Source: Verrucomicrobiota bacterium
GTDB taxonomy: Bacteria > Verrucomicrobiota > Verrucomicrobiia > Limisphaerales > Palsa-1400
DNA: 64,000 nt
Assembly (NCBI GenBank): GCA_049510745.1
Contig: JBEKYR010000003.1
Coordinates: 64,001-128,000 of the forward strand
Reading direction: 5' to 3'
Part shown: in pieces, positions 8,372-17,814 of the stretch
Layout of the letters: each line of letters begins with the position of its first letter
How positions within the stretch are numbered: position 1 is the first letter of the stretch
Program-made: the position numbers and the translations under genes
The notes under the pieces: model-generated
What the model was told of the DNA's origin: nothing
The model's database searches: none
The model's input: the letters and a program-made list of their open reading frames with translations, nothing else

Positions 8372-10918
8372 TTACCCTTCCTTCCTTCCCTTCCACTCCT
8401 CAAGTTGGGCGCGGACTTTGTCGGCACCAGGGATCTTGAGAACCTCGTAGATGTTCAATGCGGCTTCGGCGCGGGAAATGGCCTGAACGCGCTCGCCCAC
8501 TTTGTCCAAAGCCAGCGCGGAGTTGAAAAGATTAGCAGCCTCGCCACGTCGGTTGCCAATCTCGCGGTCTATCACCAGAGCCTCGTCAAAATGCTCGATG
8601 GCCTTGCGGATTTCACCCAACTCGGCATAAGCAATGCCGATATTGCAAAGGGCGATGCCTTCGCCGCGTCGGTCGCCGATTTCATAAGTGATGAGCAGTT
8701 GTTGCTCAAAAAACTCAATTGCGTTGAGGCCTTCGTCCAGCTTGGTATAGGCAATGCCAAGACAGCCGAGTATGTTGCCTTCGGCCTGCCGGTCGCCGAT
8801 TTCACGAGTGATAATCCGTGCCCGCTGGTAAAATTCGATAGCCTTGCGCACATCCCCCAATTTAGCGTAGGCGTTGCCAAGATTGCCGAGGGCGTTGCCC
8901 TCGCCACGCCGGTCGCCGATTTCACGAGTGATAACCAACGATTGCTCGAAAAGCTCGACAGCCTTCTGCCGCTCGTCCAAGTTGGAGTAGGAGAGGCCAA
9001 GATTGCCGAGGGCGTTGCCTTCTCCGCGCCGGTCACCAAGCACTCGATGGATCCCCTGCGCCTGCTGGTAAAATTCAATAGCCTTGCGCACATCGCCCAA
9101 TTTAGCGTAGGCGTTGCCAAGATTGCCGAGGGCGTTGGCCTCTGCCGCTCGATTTTTAGTGATCTTGGCAGCTTCACGCTGGCCCTCGCACCAACGGATG
9201 CTTTGGCCGGGATGGAAACGCAAGAGCAGCCCAGTATAAACGACCGAGTTCACGAGCCTTACGAGCATGGCGGCTGAGGATGCGTCGCGCCGATTCGCTA
9301 GCCACTCGTATGCGGCTTCTATGTGATTGCGTTCACGATCGAAAACTTCCAGGGCCCGGAGCAAGTTATTGCCGCCTTTAAGATAGAGTTCCTGGGCTTC
9401 CCTTCCGACCTCGGTGTAATGTTTAGCGTAACGAATCATGGCAGCGTCCCGTTCTGCTTCGCTCAATTTTCCATCGCAAAACTGTCGCACCAAGTCATGC
9501 AGTCGAAGCCGAACTTTCGTGTCATCAATTTCCACCAGACTCCCCTTCAAGAGCGCCTCCATGACGTCACGCGTCAATTCGGTTTTCGTTTCCCAAATCG
9601 CGGCGGCTGCCGGAAGATTAAAACCGGTCGGAAAAATGGCCAGCAAAGTCCAGCAGCGGCGCAAAGGTTCCTTCAGCAGGTCGTAACTGAGTTGAAAGGC
9701 GGCCTCCACTTTGCCGAGCTTCATTTCGTGTTTGCGGAGCCGGGCCACCAATTCTTCCACCGAATGCAGAGCTTTCTCACTGACCACGCCGGCGAAGACT
9801 TCCAGGGCCAGCGGCAGATGGCCGCAGAGGTCGGCGGCGACGGCTTCGTGGCCTGCCAAGCGCGGCGCGAGCTTGAGCAGCAGTTCCCGCGACTCTTCGG
9901 GCGGCAGGCAATCAATGTTTCGCGTCGCCAGTCCGGGCAGCGAGAATTGGTTGCGGGAGGTGACCAGGAACAGGCAATTCGGCGGCGGCAAGAGCGGCTG
10001 GATTTGTTCGGCATTGGCGGCATTGTCCAGAAAGAGCAGCACACGCCCGGCCTCGTTGAGCACGGAGATGTAGATGGATGTCAAATCTTCCGCCGTTTCC
10101 GGCAATTTGGCTTCCGGTTGAAAGAAGTGAATGATGTTCTGCATGGCTTCAGCCGGCGGCATCGGTTTGTGGCCCGTTGGATCAAAGCCGCGCAAATTCA
10201 GGCAAATCTGGGCATCCGGGTATTGCGTCTTGAGCCGGTGGGCCAGCACTGTGGCCAGCGCCGTTTTGCCCACCCCGCCCATCCCCTGAATCCCCGCCCC
10301 CGACGCCGAGATCGCTGCGCCGATGTTGCCCTGCGCCGCCAGCGCCTTTTCCAGGTACTTCAACTCCTCTTCGCGCCCGGTGAACGCCGCCGGCGCCGCC
10401 GGCAATTGATGCAGCGCAGACAAAGACCGCTGGTCTGTTTCGGGTTTGAGGCGCAGTTTTACGTCCGCAAGCGCCTGGACAATCTTGGCTCTGAGATCAT
10501 CGGGCGACTTGAACTTCTGATGTACCCGTCCTTTGCTCGCACGGGCCTTGAATTTCTTCAGTTTTCGCTGCGCTGCTTTGCCGACCTCAACGTCGCCTCC
10601 CTTCACCGGGTGATCGTCGTCCATGATGAAGACAAGGATCGTCTTTCCTCCCTCAACGGCCCGATTGAACTCCATTTCGGTTATCGAAATATCGCTGCCG
10701 TCCGGCACCCAGCCATATCGCCAGGCATAAATGCCGATGTATATATCCGCCTCATCGACCATTTCCAGCGAAGCGGCAACGCCCGACGCATCCCGCGCCG
10801 GAAGATGCTCCATGCCAATCGGGTGGAGGCCTGTGCTCAAGCAGGCTTCGATGGCCTGCTTTCGGTGCTCAGGCAGATCGACCGCCGTGCTGCTGATCAT
10901 GGCCTTTAAGATGCTCAT
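8372..10918 (-). CDS. NLR-like STAND protein: DUF4062 + NB-ARC + TPR repeats
   Basis: N-term ISSTAVDLPEHR...YIGIYAWRYG...SITEMEF (DUF4062); Walker A GMGGVGKT, Walker B LLFLDNA, LHDLVR; ~7 40-aa TPRs (GDRRGEGNALGNLG). Confidence 0.88.
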   Translation of the reverse strand: MSILKAMISSTAVDLPEHRKQAIEACLSTGLHPIGMEHLPARDASGVAASLEMVDEADIYIGIYAWRYGWVPDGSDISITEMEFNRAVEGGKTILVFIMDDDHPVKGGDVEVGKAAQRKLKKFKARASKGRVHQKFKSPDDLRAKIVQALADVKLRLKPETDQRSLSALHQLPAAPAAFTGREEELKYLEKALAAQGNIGAAISASGAGIQGMGGVGKTALATVLAHRLKTQYPDAQICLNLRGFDPTGHKPMPPAEAMQNIIHFFQPEAKLPETAEDLTSIYISVLNEAGRVLLFLDNAANAEQIQPLLPPPNCLFLVTSRNQFSLPGLATRNIDCLPPEESRELLLKLAPRLAGHEAVAADLCGHLPLALEVFAGVVSEKALHSVEELVARLRKHEMKLGKVEAAFQLSYDLLKEPLRRCWTLLAIFPTGFNLPAAAAIWETKTELTRDVMEALLKGSLVEIDDTKVRLRLHDLVRQFCDGKLSEAERDAAMIRYAKHYTEVGREAQELYLKGGNNLLRALEVFDRERNHIEAAYEWLANRRDASSAAMLVRLVNSVVYTGLLLRFHPGQSIRWCEGQREAAKITKNRAAEANALGNLGNAYAKLGDVRKAIEFYQQAQGIHRVLGDRRGEGNALGNLGLSYSNLDERQKAVELFEQSLVITREIGDRRGEGNALGNLGNAYAKLGDVRKAIEFYQRARIITREIGDRQAEGNILGCLGIAYTKLDEGLNAIEFFEQQLLITYEIGDRRGEGIALCNIGIAYAELGEIRKAIEHFDEALVIDREIGNRRGEAANLFNSALALDKVGERVQAISRAEAALNIYEVLKIPGADKVRAQLEEWKGRKEG

Positions 10919-11054
10919 CGCTCACCCAAAACGAGCCTACACAGGAAAATCCTGTTTGACAAGCGCAGCCTGACAGTATCGGCAATTTCGGGCGCATTTC
11001 AGGCATGGGGTTCAGTGCGCTTGCGTAATTTTTGAAAGGGAGGATAATGCGGGC

Positions 11055-11264
11055 ATGAAGAATTATACGGCCGTTGTCGAACGCGACCAGGACACCGGGC
11101 TGCTTGTGGGCTACGTGCCAGGGTTTCCCGGCGCGCATTCGCAGGCAGAGTCGCTCGACGAACTCCAGGCCAACCTTCGCGAAGTGATCGCCATGCTGTT
11201 GGAGGACGGCGAACCGCGGCTGGAAGCAGAATTCGTCGGCACCCAAAGCATTGCCGTGGCCTGA
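11055..11264 (+). CDS. hicB: HicB-family antitoxin (short, no DNA-binding domain)
   Basis: YTAVVERD...GYVPGFPGAHSQAESLDELQANLREVI. Confidence 0.88.
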   Translation: MKNYTAVVERDQDTGLLVGYVPGFPGAHSQAESLDELQANLREVIAMLLEDGEPRLEAEFVGTQSIAVA

Positions 11265-11266
11265 GT

Positions 11267-11491
11267 ATGGGTTCCGTGCCGGTCCTCAAGCCCGCCGAGG
11301 TCTGCCGCTTGCTCGAAAGGCTGGGTTTCAACGCCGTGCGTCAGCGCGGTTCGCACATCCAATACCGCCATGCCGACGGACGCGGCACCACCGTTCCGAT
11401 GCACAAAGGGCGCGACATTGCACCGTCGCTGCTGCGGCAGATTGCCCGGGACATCGGGCTGAGAGTCGAAGAGCTTCTCCAAAACCGTTGA
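11267..11491 (+). CDS. hicA: HicA-family mRNA interferase toxin
   Basis: LERLGF..VRQRGSHIQYRH.DGR.TTVPMH...LLRQI; starts 2 bp after hicB. Confidence 0.9.
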   Translation: MGSVPVLKPAEVCRLLERLGFNAVRQRGSHIQYRHADGRGTTVPMHKGRDIAPSLLRQIARDIGLRVEELLQNR

Positions 11492-11531
11492 CCGCCCCAG
11501 GGCAGCGCCGACAATGAAGGAGGCGCGCGGT

Positions 11532-12401
11532 TTACTGCCTGTCCTTGCCGTAGCCTTTGGCGGGCGTGCCGTCGTCGTTCAGATGGCCGGTGGCCCAGAG
11601 GACGCCGCGGGTGACCAGGTCCAGGTAGCGCGGGTCGGACACCGTTTCGTTGTTGTGGCCGATGGTCGTGCTGAAGACGCGGGTTTTATTCGGGCCATAT
11701 TCGTTGCTCCAGACGACGACGAAATCATTGGTCTTGACGCTGCCATCCTTTTGTCTGAGCGCTTGCCGGCCCCGGGCCAGAGCGTGGGCGGTGTCGAACA
11801 CGTGGACGTTGTTGTAATGTTCTTCTTTGATGGTGGTCCAATCGGCGAGTCCTTTCACGATGGGACTTTCCTTGTCGGCAAAGGTGATGGCGATCGGTTC
11901 CTGCGGGCCGTGGCCGCTGGATTGCAGCCCGAGATATTCAAACCAAAGCCCGTGCGGCGTGCCGGGCGTGACGGGGTCGTTTGGATTGCCAATCCGATAC
12001 GAGTGCATGGCGCAATGCAGGTTCACCCCCGGCAGGCCGTCGCGATGCGGCTGGAGCACGGCTTGGACCACGGCGGGATCGGAGATGTCCGCCGCGCATT
12101 CGTCGTGGATGACCAGGTCGTAGCCCTTGGCGTAATCGGCGCGGCCAAAAATGGCCAGCGGCGGGTGGGTGCTGTTGTCCGGGCTATTCATCTGATCGAC
12201 CACCAGGTTGGCGCGCGCCTCGAGGCCCTTTTTGAGGATGTCCTTTTGCGCCGCGTAATCGTGGCAGCAGCCGCCGGAAATGAGCAACACGCGCAGCGGT
12301 TTGGGAGCGTCGGCGGCGCGCCCGGCCGGAGCGCCGGCCAGAGTCATCAGCGCGAGCAAAGAGGCAGCGAGAGCGGTGCGGAACGGGAATTCATTAGTCA
12401 T
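11532..12401 (-). CDS. ThuA-like domain protein, secreted
   Basis: Signal peptide; RVLLISGGCCHDY, KEEHY, RVFSTTIGH...LVTRGVLWA. Confidence 0.8.
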   Translation of the reverse strand: MTNEFPFRTALAASLLALMTLAGAPAGRAADAPKPLRVLLISGGCCHDYAAQKDILKKGLEARANLVVDQMNSPDNSTHPPLAIFGRADYAKGYDLVIHDECAADISDPAVVQAVLQPHRDGLPGVNLHCAMHSYRIGNPNDPVTPGTPHGLWFEYLGLQSSGHGPQEPIAITFADKESPIVKGLADWTTIKEEHYNNVHVFDTAHALARGRQALRQKDGSVKTNDFVVVWSNEYGPNKTRVFSTTIGHNNETVSDPRYLDLVTRGVLWATGHLNDDGTPAKGYGKDRQ

Positions 12402-12440
12402 GCGGAGGTTGTAATGCTTTCGGTCGCAGCAGGCAAGCTG

Positions 12441-12902
12441 TCAGCGGCCGGCGCTACGCAAGGCGCTCTTGAAAGCGACCAGTGTTTCGGGACTCACATG
12501 GTGCTCGATCCCCTCGGCGTCCATCTCCGCCACGCCTTCGGAAATGCCCAGAGAACGAAGGAAAGCCACCACGGTTTCGTGCCGGCTTTTGCAGGTCGCC
12601 GCCAGACCGCGTCCCCGGTCCGTCAAAAAAATGGCGCGGTAAGGCTGGGAGGTGACAAAGCCGGCCTTTTGCAGGCGGACGATGGTGCGGTTGACGGTGA
12701 CATGGGTGACCCCCAGCCGCTTGGCCAGGTCCACGACGCGCGCTTCGCCCGTTTCGGCCACCAGATCGGCGATGGCCTCGACGTAATCTTCGGCGATCTC
12801 ATTGGCGTGTTCGCGGCGGGTTTGGGACAGGTATTCGGCCTGGCGTTTGGGGCTGCCGCCCGCGCGCGGTTTGTCGGACAGTTGTCTTTTTGCCGATGCC
12901 AT
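12441..12902 (-). CDS. mntR: Manganese-dependent transcriptional repressor (DtxR/MntR family)
   Basis: AEDYVEAI...ARVVDLAKRLGV...PYRAIFLT...RH...DAEGIEHHVS; divergent from Mn uptake genes. Confidence 0.88.
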   Translation of the reverse strand: MASAKRQLSDKPRAGGSPKRQAEYLSQTRREHANEIAEDYVEAIADLVAETGEARVVDLAKRLGVTHVTVNRTIVRLQKAGFVTSQPYRAIFLTDRGRGLAATCKSRHETVVAFLRSLGISEGVAEMDAEGIEHHVSPETLVAFKSALRSAGR

Positions 12903-12934
12903 TTGCTTTCCCCGCGAGCAAAACACAAACGGGC

Positions 12935-12970
12935 TTGACAGTCCAGCAGATTGTTGTAGTGTTGGCTACA
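12935..12970 (+). promoter_or_regulatory. Sigma-70 promoter overlapped by a candidate MntR operator
   Basis: TTGACA at 12935-12940, TAGTGT at 12957-12962; inverted repeat TGTAG-tgttgg-CTACA at 12955-12970. Confidence 0.65.
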
Positions 12971-12999
12971 TTCTGACACTTAAACAACAGAATAGAGTT

Positions 13000-14361
13000 A
13001 TGGCTACATCCGCGTTTGCGGCCGGCCAGGGCTTGCGCTGGATTGTGACGATGCTGGCGACGGGCGGCCTCACGGCCAAAGCGCAAGACGCGTCCCGCGC
13101 GGTCACGACCAACGCCGCGGCCAAGGCCGCGGAGCAGAAATGGAATTGGCACGTTCAAAACACGGACATCGTGCAAGGCGATTTCGGTTTTCCCGCCAAG
13201 TATTCCGGCCCCAATAGCCTGGACAGCCGGGGCGAAGTTCGCGACACGGTGTCACTGGACCTTTTTGCCGGCGTCCGCTTGTGGCGCGGCGCGGAAGCGC
13301 ACGTGGATGGCTTGATGTGGCAGGGCTTCGGCCTGAGCAAAACCCTTGGGGTGGAAGGGTTTCCCAACGGCGAAGCATTCAAAGTCGGAACGAAGGTTCC
13401 CAATGTGAACACCGCGCGCTTGTTCATTCGCCAAACCATCGGGTTTGGCGGCGCACAGGATGATGTGGAAGACAATCAGTTGCAACTGGCGGGCAAACGG
13501 GACGTTTCGCGGCTCACGCTCACACTGGGAAAAATGAGCGCCAAGGATATTTTCGACAACAATGCCTACGCCAACGACCCGCGCACCCAGTTTATGAACT
13601 GGGCGCTGATGAGCGACGAAGCCTGGGATTTCCCGGCAGACGCTTTGGGATATATCACCGGCTTTGCGGCCGAACTTAACCAGCCAAAGTGGACGATTCG
13701 CTATGGTTTCTTCCAAGTGCCACGGGTCGCGAACGGTGTGGCGTTGGATCAGCAATTCTTGACGGCCTGGGGAATGGTCACGGAGTTTGAGCGGCGTTGG
13801 TCTGTGGAAAGCCATCCCGGCGCCGTCCGTCTGCTGGCTTACCTCAACCACGCCCACATGGGCAGTTACGAGGAGGCACTGGATAATCCGGCGCGTCCCG
13901 CCGACATCGAGGCCACACGCGCCTACCGCTACAAATACGGCTTCGGGTTGAACGTGGAACAGGAGTTGGTTAAGAACGTCGGTTTCTTTTCACGTTTGGG
14001 TTGGAGCGACGGACAAAACGAGGCGTGGATGCTCAGCGACGTGGATCGCACGGCGACGCTGGGCTTGAGCGTCAAGGGCGAATCGTGGCATCGGCCAAAT
14101 GACACGCTCGGCGTGGGGGGCGCGCTGAACGGCCTTTCCGGCGTTCACCAGCGGTTCCTGGCCGCCGGCGGCACGGGCATCCTCGCCGGTGACGGCGCGC
14201 TGAACTACGGCTGGGAAAAATGCCTGGAATTCTGCTACGACTTTCAAATCTGCAAAAATGTCCACACCACGTTGGATTACCAATTCATCACCGACCCGGC
14301 GTTCAACCGCGATCGCGGGCCGGTGTCGGTTTTCGGCGCAAGACTCCATTGGGAGTATTGA
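13000..14361 (+). CDS. OprB-family porin, MnoP-like high-affinity Mn2+ porin
   Basis: YSGPNSL, QGFGLS..LGVEGFPNGEAFK, FDNNAYANDPRTQFMNWAL, terminal RLHWEY beta-signal; lies between mntR and mntH. Confidence 0.8.
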   Translation: MATSAFAAGQGLRWIVTMLATGGLTAKAQDASRAVTTNAAAKAAEQKWNWHVQNTDIVQGDFGFPAKYSGPNSLDSRGEVRDTVSLDLFAGVRLWRGAEAHVDGLMWQGFGLSKTLGVEGFPNGEAFKVGTKVPNVNTARLFIRQTIGFGGAQDDVEDNQLQLAGKRDVSRLTLTLGKMSAKDIFDNNAYANDPRTQFMNWALMSDEAWDFPADALGYITGFAAELNQPKWTIRYGFFQVPRVANGVALDQQFLTAWGMVTEFERRWSVESHPGAVRLLAYLNHAHMGSYEEALDNPARPADIEATRAYRYKYGFGLNVEQELVKNVGFFSRLGWSDGQNEAWMLSDVDRTATLGLSVKGESWHRPNDTLGVGGALNGLSGVHQRFLAAGGTGILAGDGALNYGWEKCLEFCYDFQICKNVHTTLDYQFITDPAFNRDRGPVSVFGARLHWEY

Positions 14362-14378
14362 CAAATGAACAAGACCGC

Positions 14379-15812
14379 ATGAGCGAAGACAACCACACAC
14401 CCGCAAACTCCCGCGAGCCGGCGGCGGACGGAGTCCCGGTGGTTTCGCACCCCGGCTCCGTTTCGCTCGAAGGGATGCACGGCAGCGTCTCCGTGCCTCC
14501 CCATCAAGCCGGTTTCTGGCGGCAATGGCGGGCCTTCGTCGGGCCGGCCATTCTCATCAGCGTCGGCTACATGGACCCGGGCAACTGGGGCACCGATCTG
14601 GCGGGCGGCGCGCAGTTCAAATACGGGCTGCTCTGGGTGGTCGGCGTGGCCAGTTTGATGGCCATCTTCCTGCAAGTCATCTCGGCCCGGCTGGGCGTGG
14701 CCACCGGCAAGGACCTGGCCCAGTGCTGCCGCGACTGGTATCCGCGTTGGACGCGCTGGCCGAACTGGCTGTCCATGGAAATTGCCATTGGGATGACCGA
14801 TCTGGCCGAATCGCTGGGCAGCGCGGTCGCCTTGAACCTGTTGTTTCACATCCCGATGTCGTGGGCGATCATCATCACGGCCTTCGACGTGCTGCTGTTG
14901 CTGGCCTTGCAAGGTTCTGGCATGAGGCTCATCGAGGCGGTAGTCGCGGTCTTCGTGCTGACCATCGGCGTCTGCTACGGCATCGAGATTTTTGGCTTGG
15001 CGCAGACCCGGCCGGATTTCCTGGAAATGGGGCGCGCCATGACGCGGCCGGACTTCGCGCGGGCCGGGATGCTCGTGGTGGCGATTGGCATCATCGGGGC
15101 GACCGTCATGCCCCACAACCTGTACCTCCACACGGCCTTGGTGCAGACCCGCCAGTTGCAGCAGGATGAGTCGTCCATTCGCCGCGCCATCCGGTTTAAC
15201 ACGATTGACACGACCGTGGCCCTGACCATCGCGTTTTTCGTCAACGCGGCCATCCTGGTGCTGGCGGCCATCGTGTTCTACGGGAAGACCAGCGTCACGG
15301 TGGCGGGCGGCCAGATCGTCCACTTCAGTCCGGACAGCGATTGGATTCGCATCGCCTATTACACCCTGGCGCCGCTGCTGGGGACGACGCTGGCGAGCAC
15401 CTTGTTCGCCGTGGCGCTTTTGGCCAGCGGGCAGAGCAGCACCATTACGGGCACGCTCGCCGGACAGGTGGTGATGGAAGGATTCATGCACTGGCGAATC
15501 CGCCCGTGGGTCCGGCGGCTCATCACCCGGACGCTGGCCGTCGTGCCGGCGATTCTGATCATCAGCGTCCGCGGCAATGGCAGCGTGACCGACCTGGTCA
15601 ACCTCAGCCAGGTGGTCCTGTGTCTGGAACTGCCCTTCGCGATGTTCCCGCTGTTGCAGTTCACCAGTTCGCGCCAGCGCATGGGCCGATGGCGCAACGG
15701 CTGGTTCCTGTTGATTACCGGCTGGGGGACTGCCATTCTCATCACGGCCATGGACCTCTACAGCCTGCCCGATGCGCTGCGGCAGGCGTGGGCGGTGATC
15801 GTGGGCCACTGA
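14379..15812 (+). CDS. mntH: Nramp-family Mn2+/H+ symporter
   Basis: GYMDPGNW and GATVMPHNLYLH motifs; GQSSTITGTLAGQVVMEGF. Confidence 0.93.
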   Translation: MSEDNHTPANSREPAADGVPVVSHPGSVSLEGMHGSVSVPPHQAGFWRQWRAFVGPAILISVGYMDPGNWGTDLAGGAQFKYGLLWVVGVASLMAIFLQVISARLGVATGKDLAQCCRDWYPRWTRWPNWLSMEIAIGMTDLAESLGSAVALNLLFHIPMSWAIIITAFDVLLLLALQGSGMRLIEAVVAVFVLTIGVCYGIEIFGLAQTRPDFLEMGRAMTRPDFARAGMLVVAIGIIGATVMPHNLYLHTALVQTRQLQQDESSIRRAIRFNTIDTTVALTIAFFVNAAILVLAAIVFYGKTSVTVAGGQIVHFSPDSDWIRIAYYTLAPLLGTTLASTLFAVALLASGQSSTITGTLAGQVVMEGFMHWRIRPWVRRLITRTLAVVPAILIISVRGNGSVTDLVNLSQVVLCLELPFAMFPLLQFTSSRQRMGRWRNGWFLLITGWGTAILITAMDLYSLPDALRQAWAVIVGH

Positions 15813-15829
15813 CGAACAAAAGGGCCGCC

Positions 15830-16246
15830 ATGTATAACAAAATTCTTGTAACCTTGGACGCGACGCCCACCGACCGGGCGATTATCGAGCACGTCAAACC
15901 GCTCGCCAAGTGGGCGCAGAGCCGGGTGGTGTTGCTCCACGTGGCGGACGGTTGGGCGGCGCGCACCTACGGCCCGGACGCGGTCAGCCCCGAGATCACC
16001 GAGGATACGGCGTATTTGGAGAAGGTGCGGGCGGAGTTTCAATCCGCCGGAATTCCGGCTGAGTCGGAACTGGCCTATGGAGAGCCGGGGGCGGAGATCG
16101 TCAAGTGGGTCGAGAAAAAGGGCTGCGATCTGGTGGCGATGAGCACGCACGGCCACGGCTTCCTCGCCGATCTGTTTCTGGGCAGCGCGTCGCGGCGCGT
16201 CCGGCACAGCATTCGCGTGCCCGTTCTCCTGCTGCGGGCGAGGTGA
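15830..16246 (+). CDS. Universal stress protein
   Basis: MYNKILVTLD...DLVAMSTHGH...LFLGSASRRVRHSIRVPVLLLR. Confidence 0.9.
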   Translation: MYNKILVTLDATPTDRAIIEHVKPLAKWAQSRVVLLHVADGWAARTYGPDAVSPEITEDTAYLEKVRAEFQSAGIPAESELAYGEPGAEIVKWVEKKGCDLVAMSTHGHGFLADLFLGSASRRVRHSIRVPVLLLRAR

Positions 16247-16264
16247 ATCATTCGCGCCGCCTTT

Positions 16265-16942
16265 ATGGCTTCGGCTAATTCCGCCCACGTGCCAAAGTGG
16301 CTGAAGATGTTGGTCGGGATGGCGCTTTTGCCGGTGTGTCTCGGCACGGCCAGGGCGCTTTGGCTGGAGCTGGCCCAAGCCGGCGGGTTCGACCGGGTCT
16401 GGCTGCCGCTGCTGGCCGGGGCGGCCTGCTGGGTCGTCGTTTTTCTGCTCCTGCCAAAACCGATGTGGGTTTATGTCCTGGGCCACGAGTTGACGCACGC
16501 GGTCTGGACGTGGATTTTCGGGGGCAGCGTCAAACATATCAAAGCCGCTTCCTCCGGCGGGCACGTCATTACGACCAAGACCAATTTCGTCATCGTGCTG
16601 GCGCCGTACTTCTTTCCGTTCTACGCGGTGCTGGTTGTGCTCGTCTTTGTCATCGGCGACCTGCTGTGGAACTGGCGGCAGGCGTGCCTGCCCTGGTTTC
16701 ATTTGCTGCTCGGGGCCGCCTACGCTTTTCACATTACGCTGACCTGGGAGATTCTGAAAACCCGCCAAACCGACATCACGAGCCAGGGCTATCTTTTTTC
16801 CGGCGTGATTATCTTTCTGGGAAACGCGCTGACGCTGGCCGCGGCCGTGCCGCTGCTGACGGGGCACGGGTTGCTGCAAGCGTTCAAGGGGTGGGCGCAA
16901 TGCAACGCCCAAGTGCTGCATCAACTGGCGAATTTGCTCTAA
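16265..16942 (+). CDS. Membrane protein with HExxH motif (peptidase M50B-like)
   Basis: YVLGHELTHA motif, LAPYFFP, multiple TM helices. Confidence 0.7.
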   Translation: MASANSAHVPKWLKMLVGMALLPVCLGTARALWLELAQAGGFDRVWLPLLAGAACWVVVFLLLPKPMWVYVLGHELTHAVWTWIFGGSVKHIKAASSGGHVITTKTNFVIVLAPYFFPFYAVLVVLVFVIGDLLWNWRQACLPWFHLLLGAAYAFHITLTWEILKTRQTDITSQGYLFSGVIIFLGNALTLAAAVPLLTGHGLLQAFKGWAQCNAQVLHQLANLL

Positions 16943-17087
16943 GGCCTCACGCAAAAACAACCTCCGATTTTCCGCGAGACCCCGCCAGGGCGCTTACGAA
17001 ACTTTGTCCCACGTGGGACAAAGTTTCGTACGCCTCTTTAGGTGGGAATAACGCCTCTCACAGCGGTTGTTACTTTTGCGCGATCCC
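16943..17087. mobile_element. Putative 145-bp MITE with imperfect terminal inverted repeats, TAA on both flanks and a central perfect palindrome
   Basis: Left end GGCCTCACGCAAAAACAACC vs reverse complement of right end GGGATCGCGCAAAAGTAACAACC; TAA at 16940-16942 and 17088-17090; palindrome 16995-17030. Confidence 0.6.
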
Positions 17088-17156
17088 TAATGTGAAATGC
17101 CGGACTGAAGCTTTTTGTCCGGCAGGGGCGGCTGGCGCGGAAAATTTTCGGCGGGC

Positions 17157-17372
17157 CTATTTCAGCCGCCACGTAATGCGGGCTTTGCTCAGGTCGTAGG
17201 GGGACATCTCCATTTTGACGCGGTCGCCGACGGTCAGGCGGACCCAGCGTTTGCGCATCTTGCCGCAGATGGTGGCCAGCACGAGATGTTTGTTGTCCAG
17301 TTCCACCCGGAACATCGTTCCCGGCAGCACGGTTTGGACACAGCCTTCGACTTCAATGTGTTCTTCCTTCAT
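17157..17372 (-). CDS. infA: Translation initiation factor IF-1
   Basis: [10 protein letters not shown]...[10 protein letters not shown]...GKMRK...[21 protein letters not shown]. Confidence 0.95.
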   Translation of the reverse strand: MKEEHIEVEGCVQTVLPGTMFRVELDNKHLVLATICGKMRKRWVRLTVGDRVKMEMSPYDLSKARITWRLK

Positions 17373-17452
17373 TGGCAAATTCCGTCATGCAACCGGTCTC
17401 TGGCGAAGGCGCGCCCCGCAGACCGGCAAATCCGCAAGCGGCCGTGAAAAGG

Positions 17453-17483
17453 GATCGAGGCCCGGCCAATCCGGGCCTCGATC
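17453..17483 (-). terminator. Intrinsic terminator of the RRM gene
   Basis: Perfect 13-bp stem gatcgaggcccgg/ccgggcctcgatc, 5-nt loop, followed by cctttt on the minus strand. Confidence 0.75.
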
Positions 17484-17499
17484 GTGCTAAACTCGTGAA

Positions 17500-17814
17500 C
17501 TAGTAGCGGTCACGTCCGCCGCCGCGATATTCGCGACGACCGCCGCCGCCGCCGGCGGGCCGCTCTTCGCGGGGCTTGGCGGTGTTGACGGTCAGGGCGC
17601 GGCCGTCAACGGACTTGCCGTTGAGGGCTTCGGTGGCTTTCTGCGCCTCTTCAGGAGTGCTCATGGTGACGAAGGCAAACCCGCGGGGACGGCCGGTGGT
17701 CCGGTCCATCATCAGGTTGGTTTCCAGGACGGTGCCGTGGGCGGCAAAGGCGTCCTGCAGGTCGTTTTCAGTGGTGTTGAAGGAAAGGTTTCCGACAAAC
17801 AATTTATTACTCAT
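17500..17814 (-). CDS. RRM-domain RNA-binding protein with Gly/Arg tail
   Basis: RNP2 LFVGNL and RNP1 RGFAFV; real start MSNKLF at 17814. Confidence 0.93.
   Translation of the reverse strand: MSNKLFVGNLSFNTTENDLQDAFAAHGTVLETNLMMDRTTGRPRGFAFVTMSTPEEAQKATEALNGKSVDGRALTVNTAKPREERPAGGGGGRREYRGGGRDRY

Noticed and set aside
8660..9140. Diversity-generating retroelement template/variable repeat pair
   Set aside because: No reverse transcriptase in the window, both copies are coding, and differences are not adenine-specific
8174..9277. 367-aa plus-strand ORF with repeating VAKIAEGVA units
   Set aside because: Antisense shadow of the TPR repeats of the NLR gene; the periodicity is explained by the minus-strand protein
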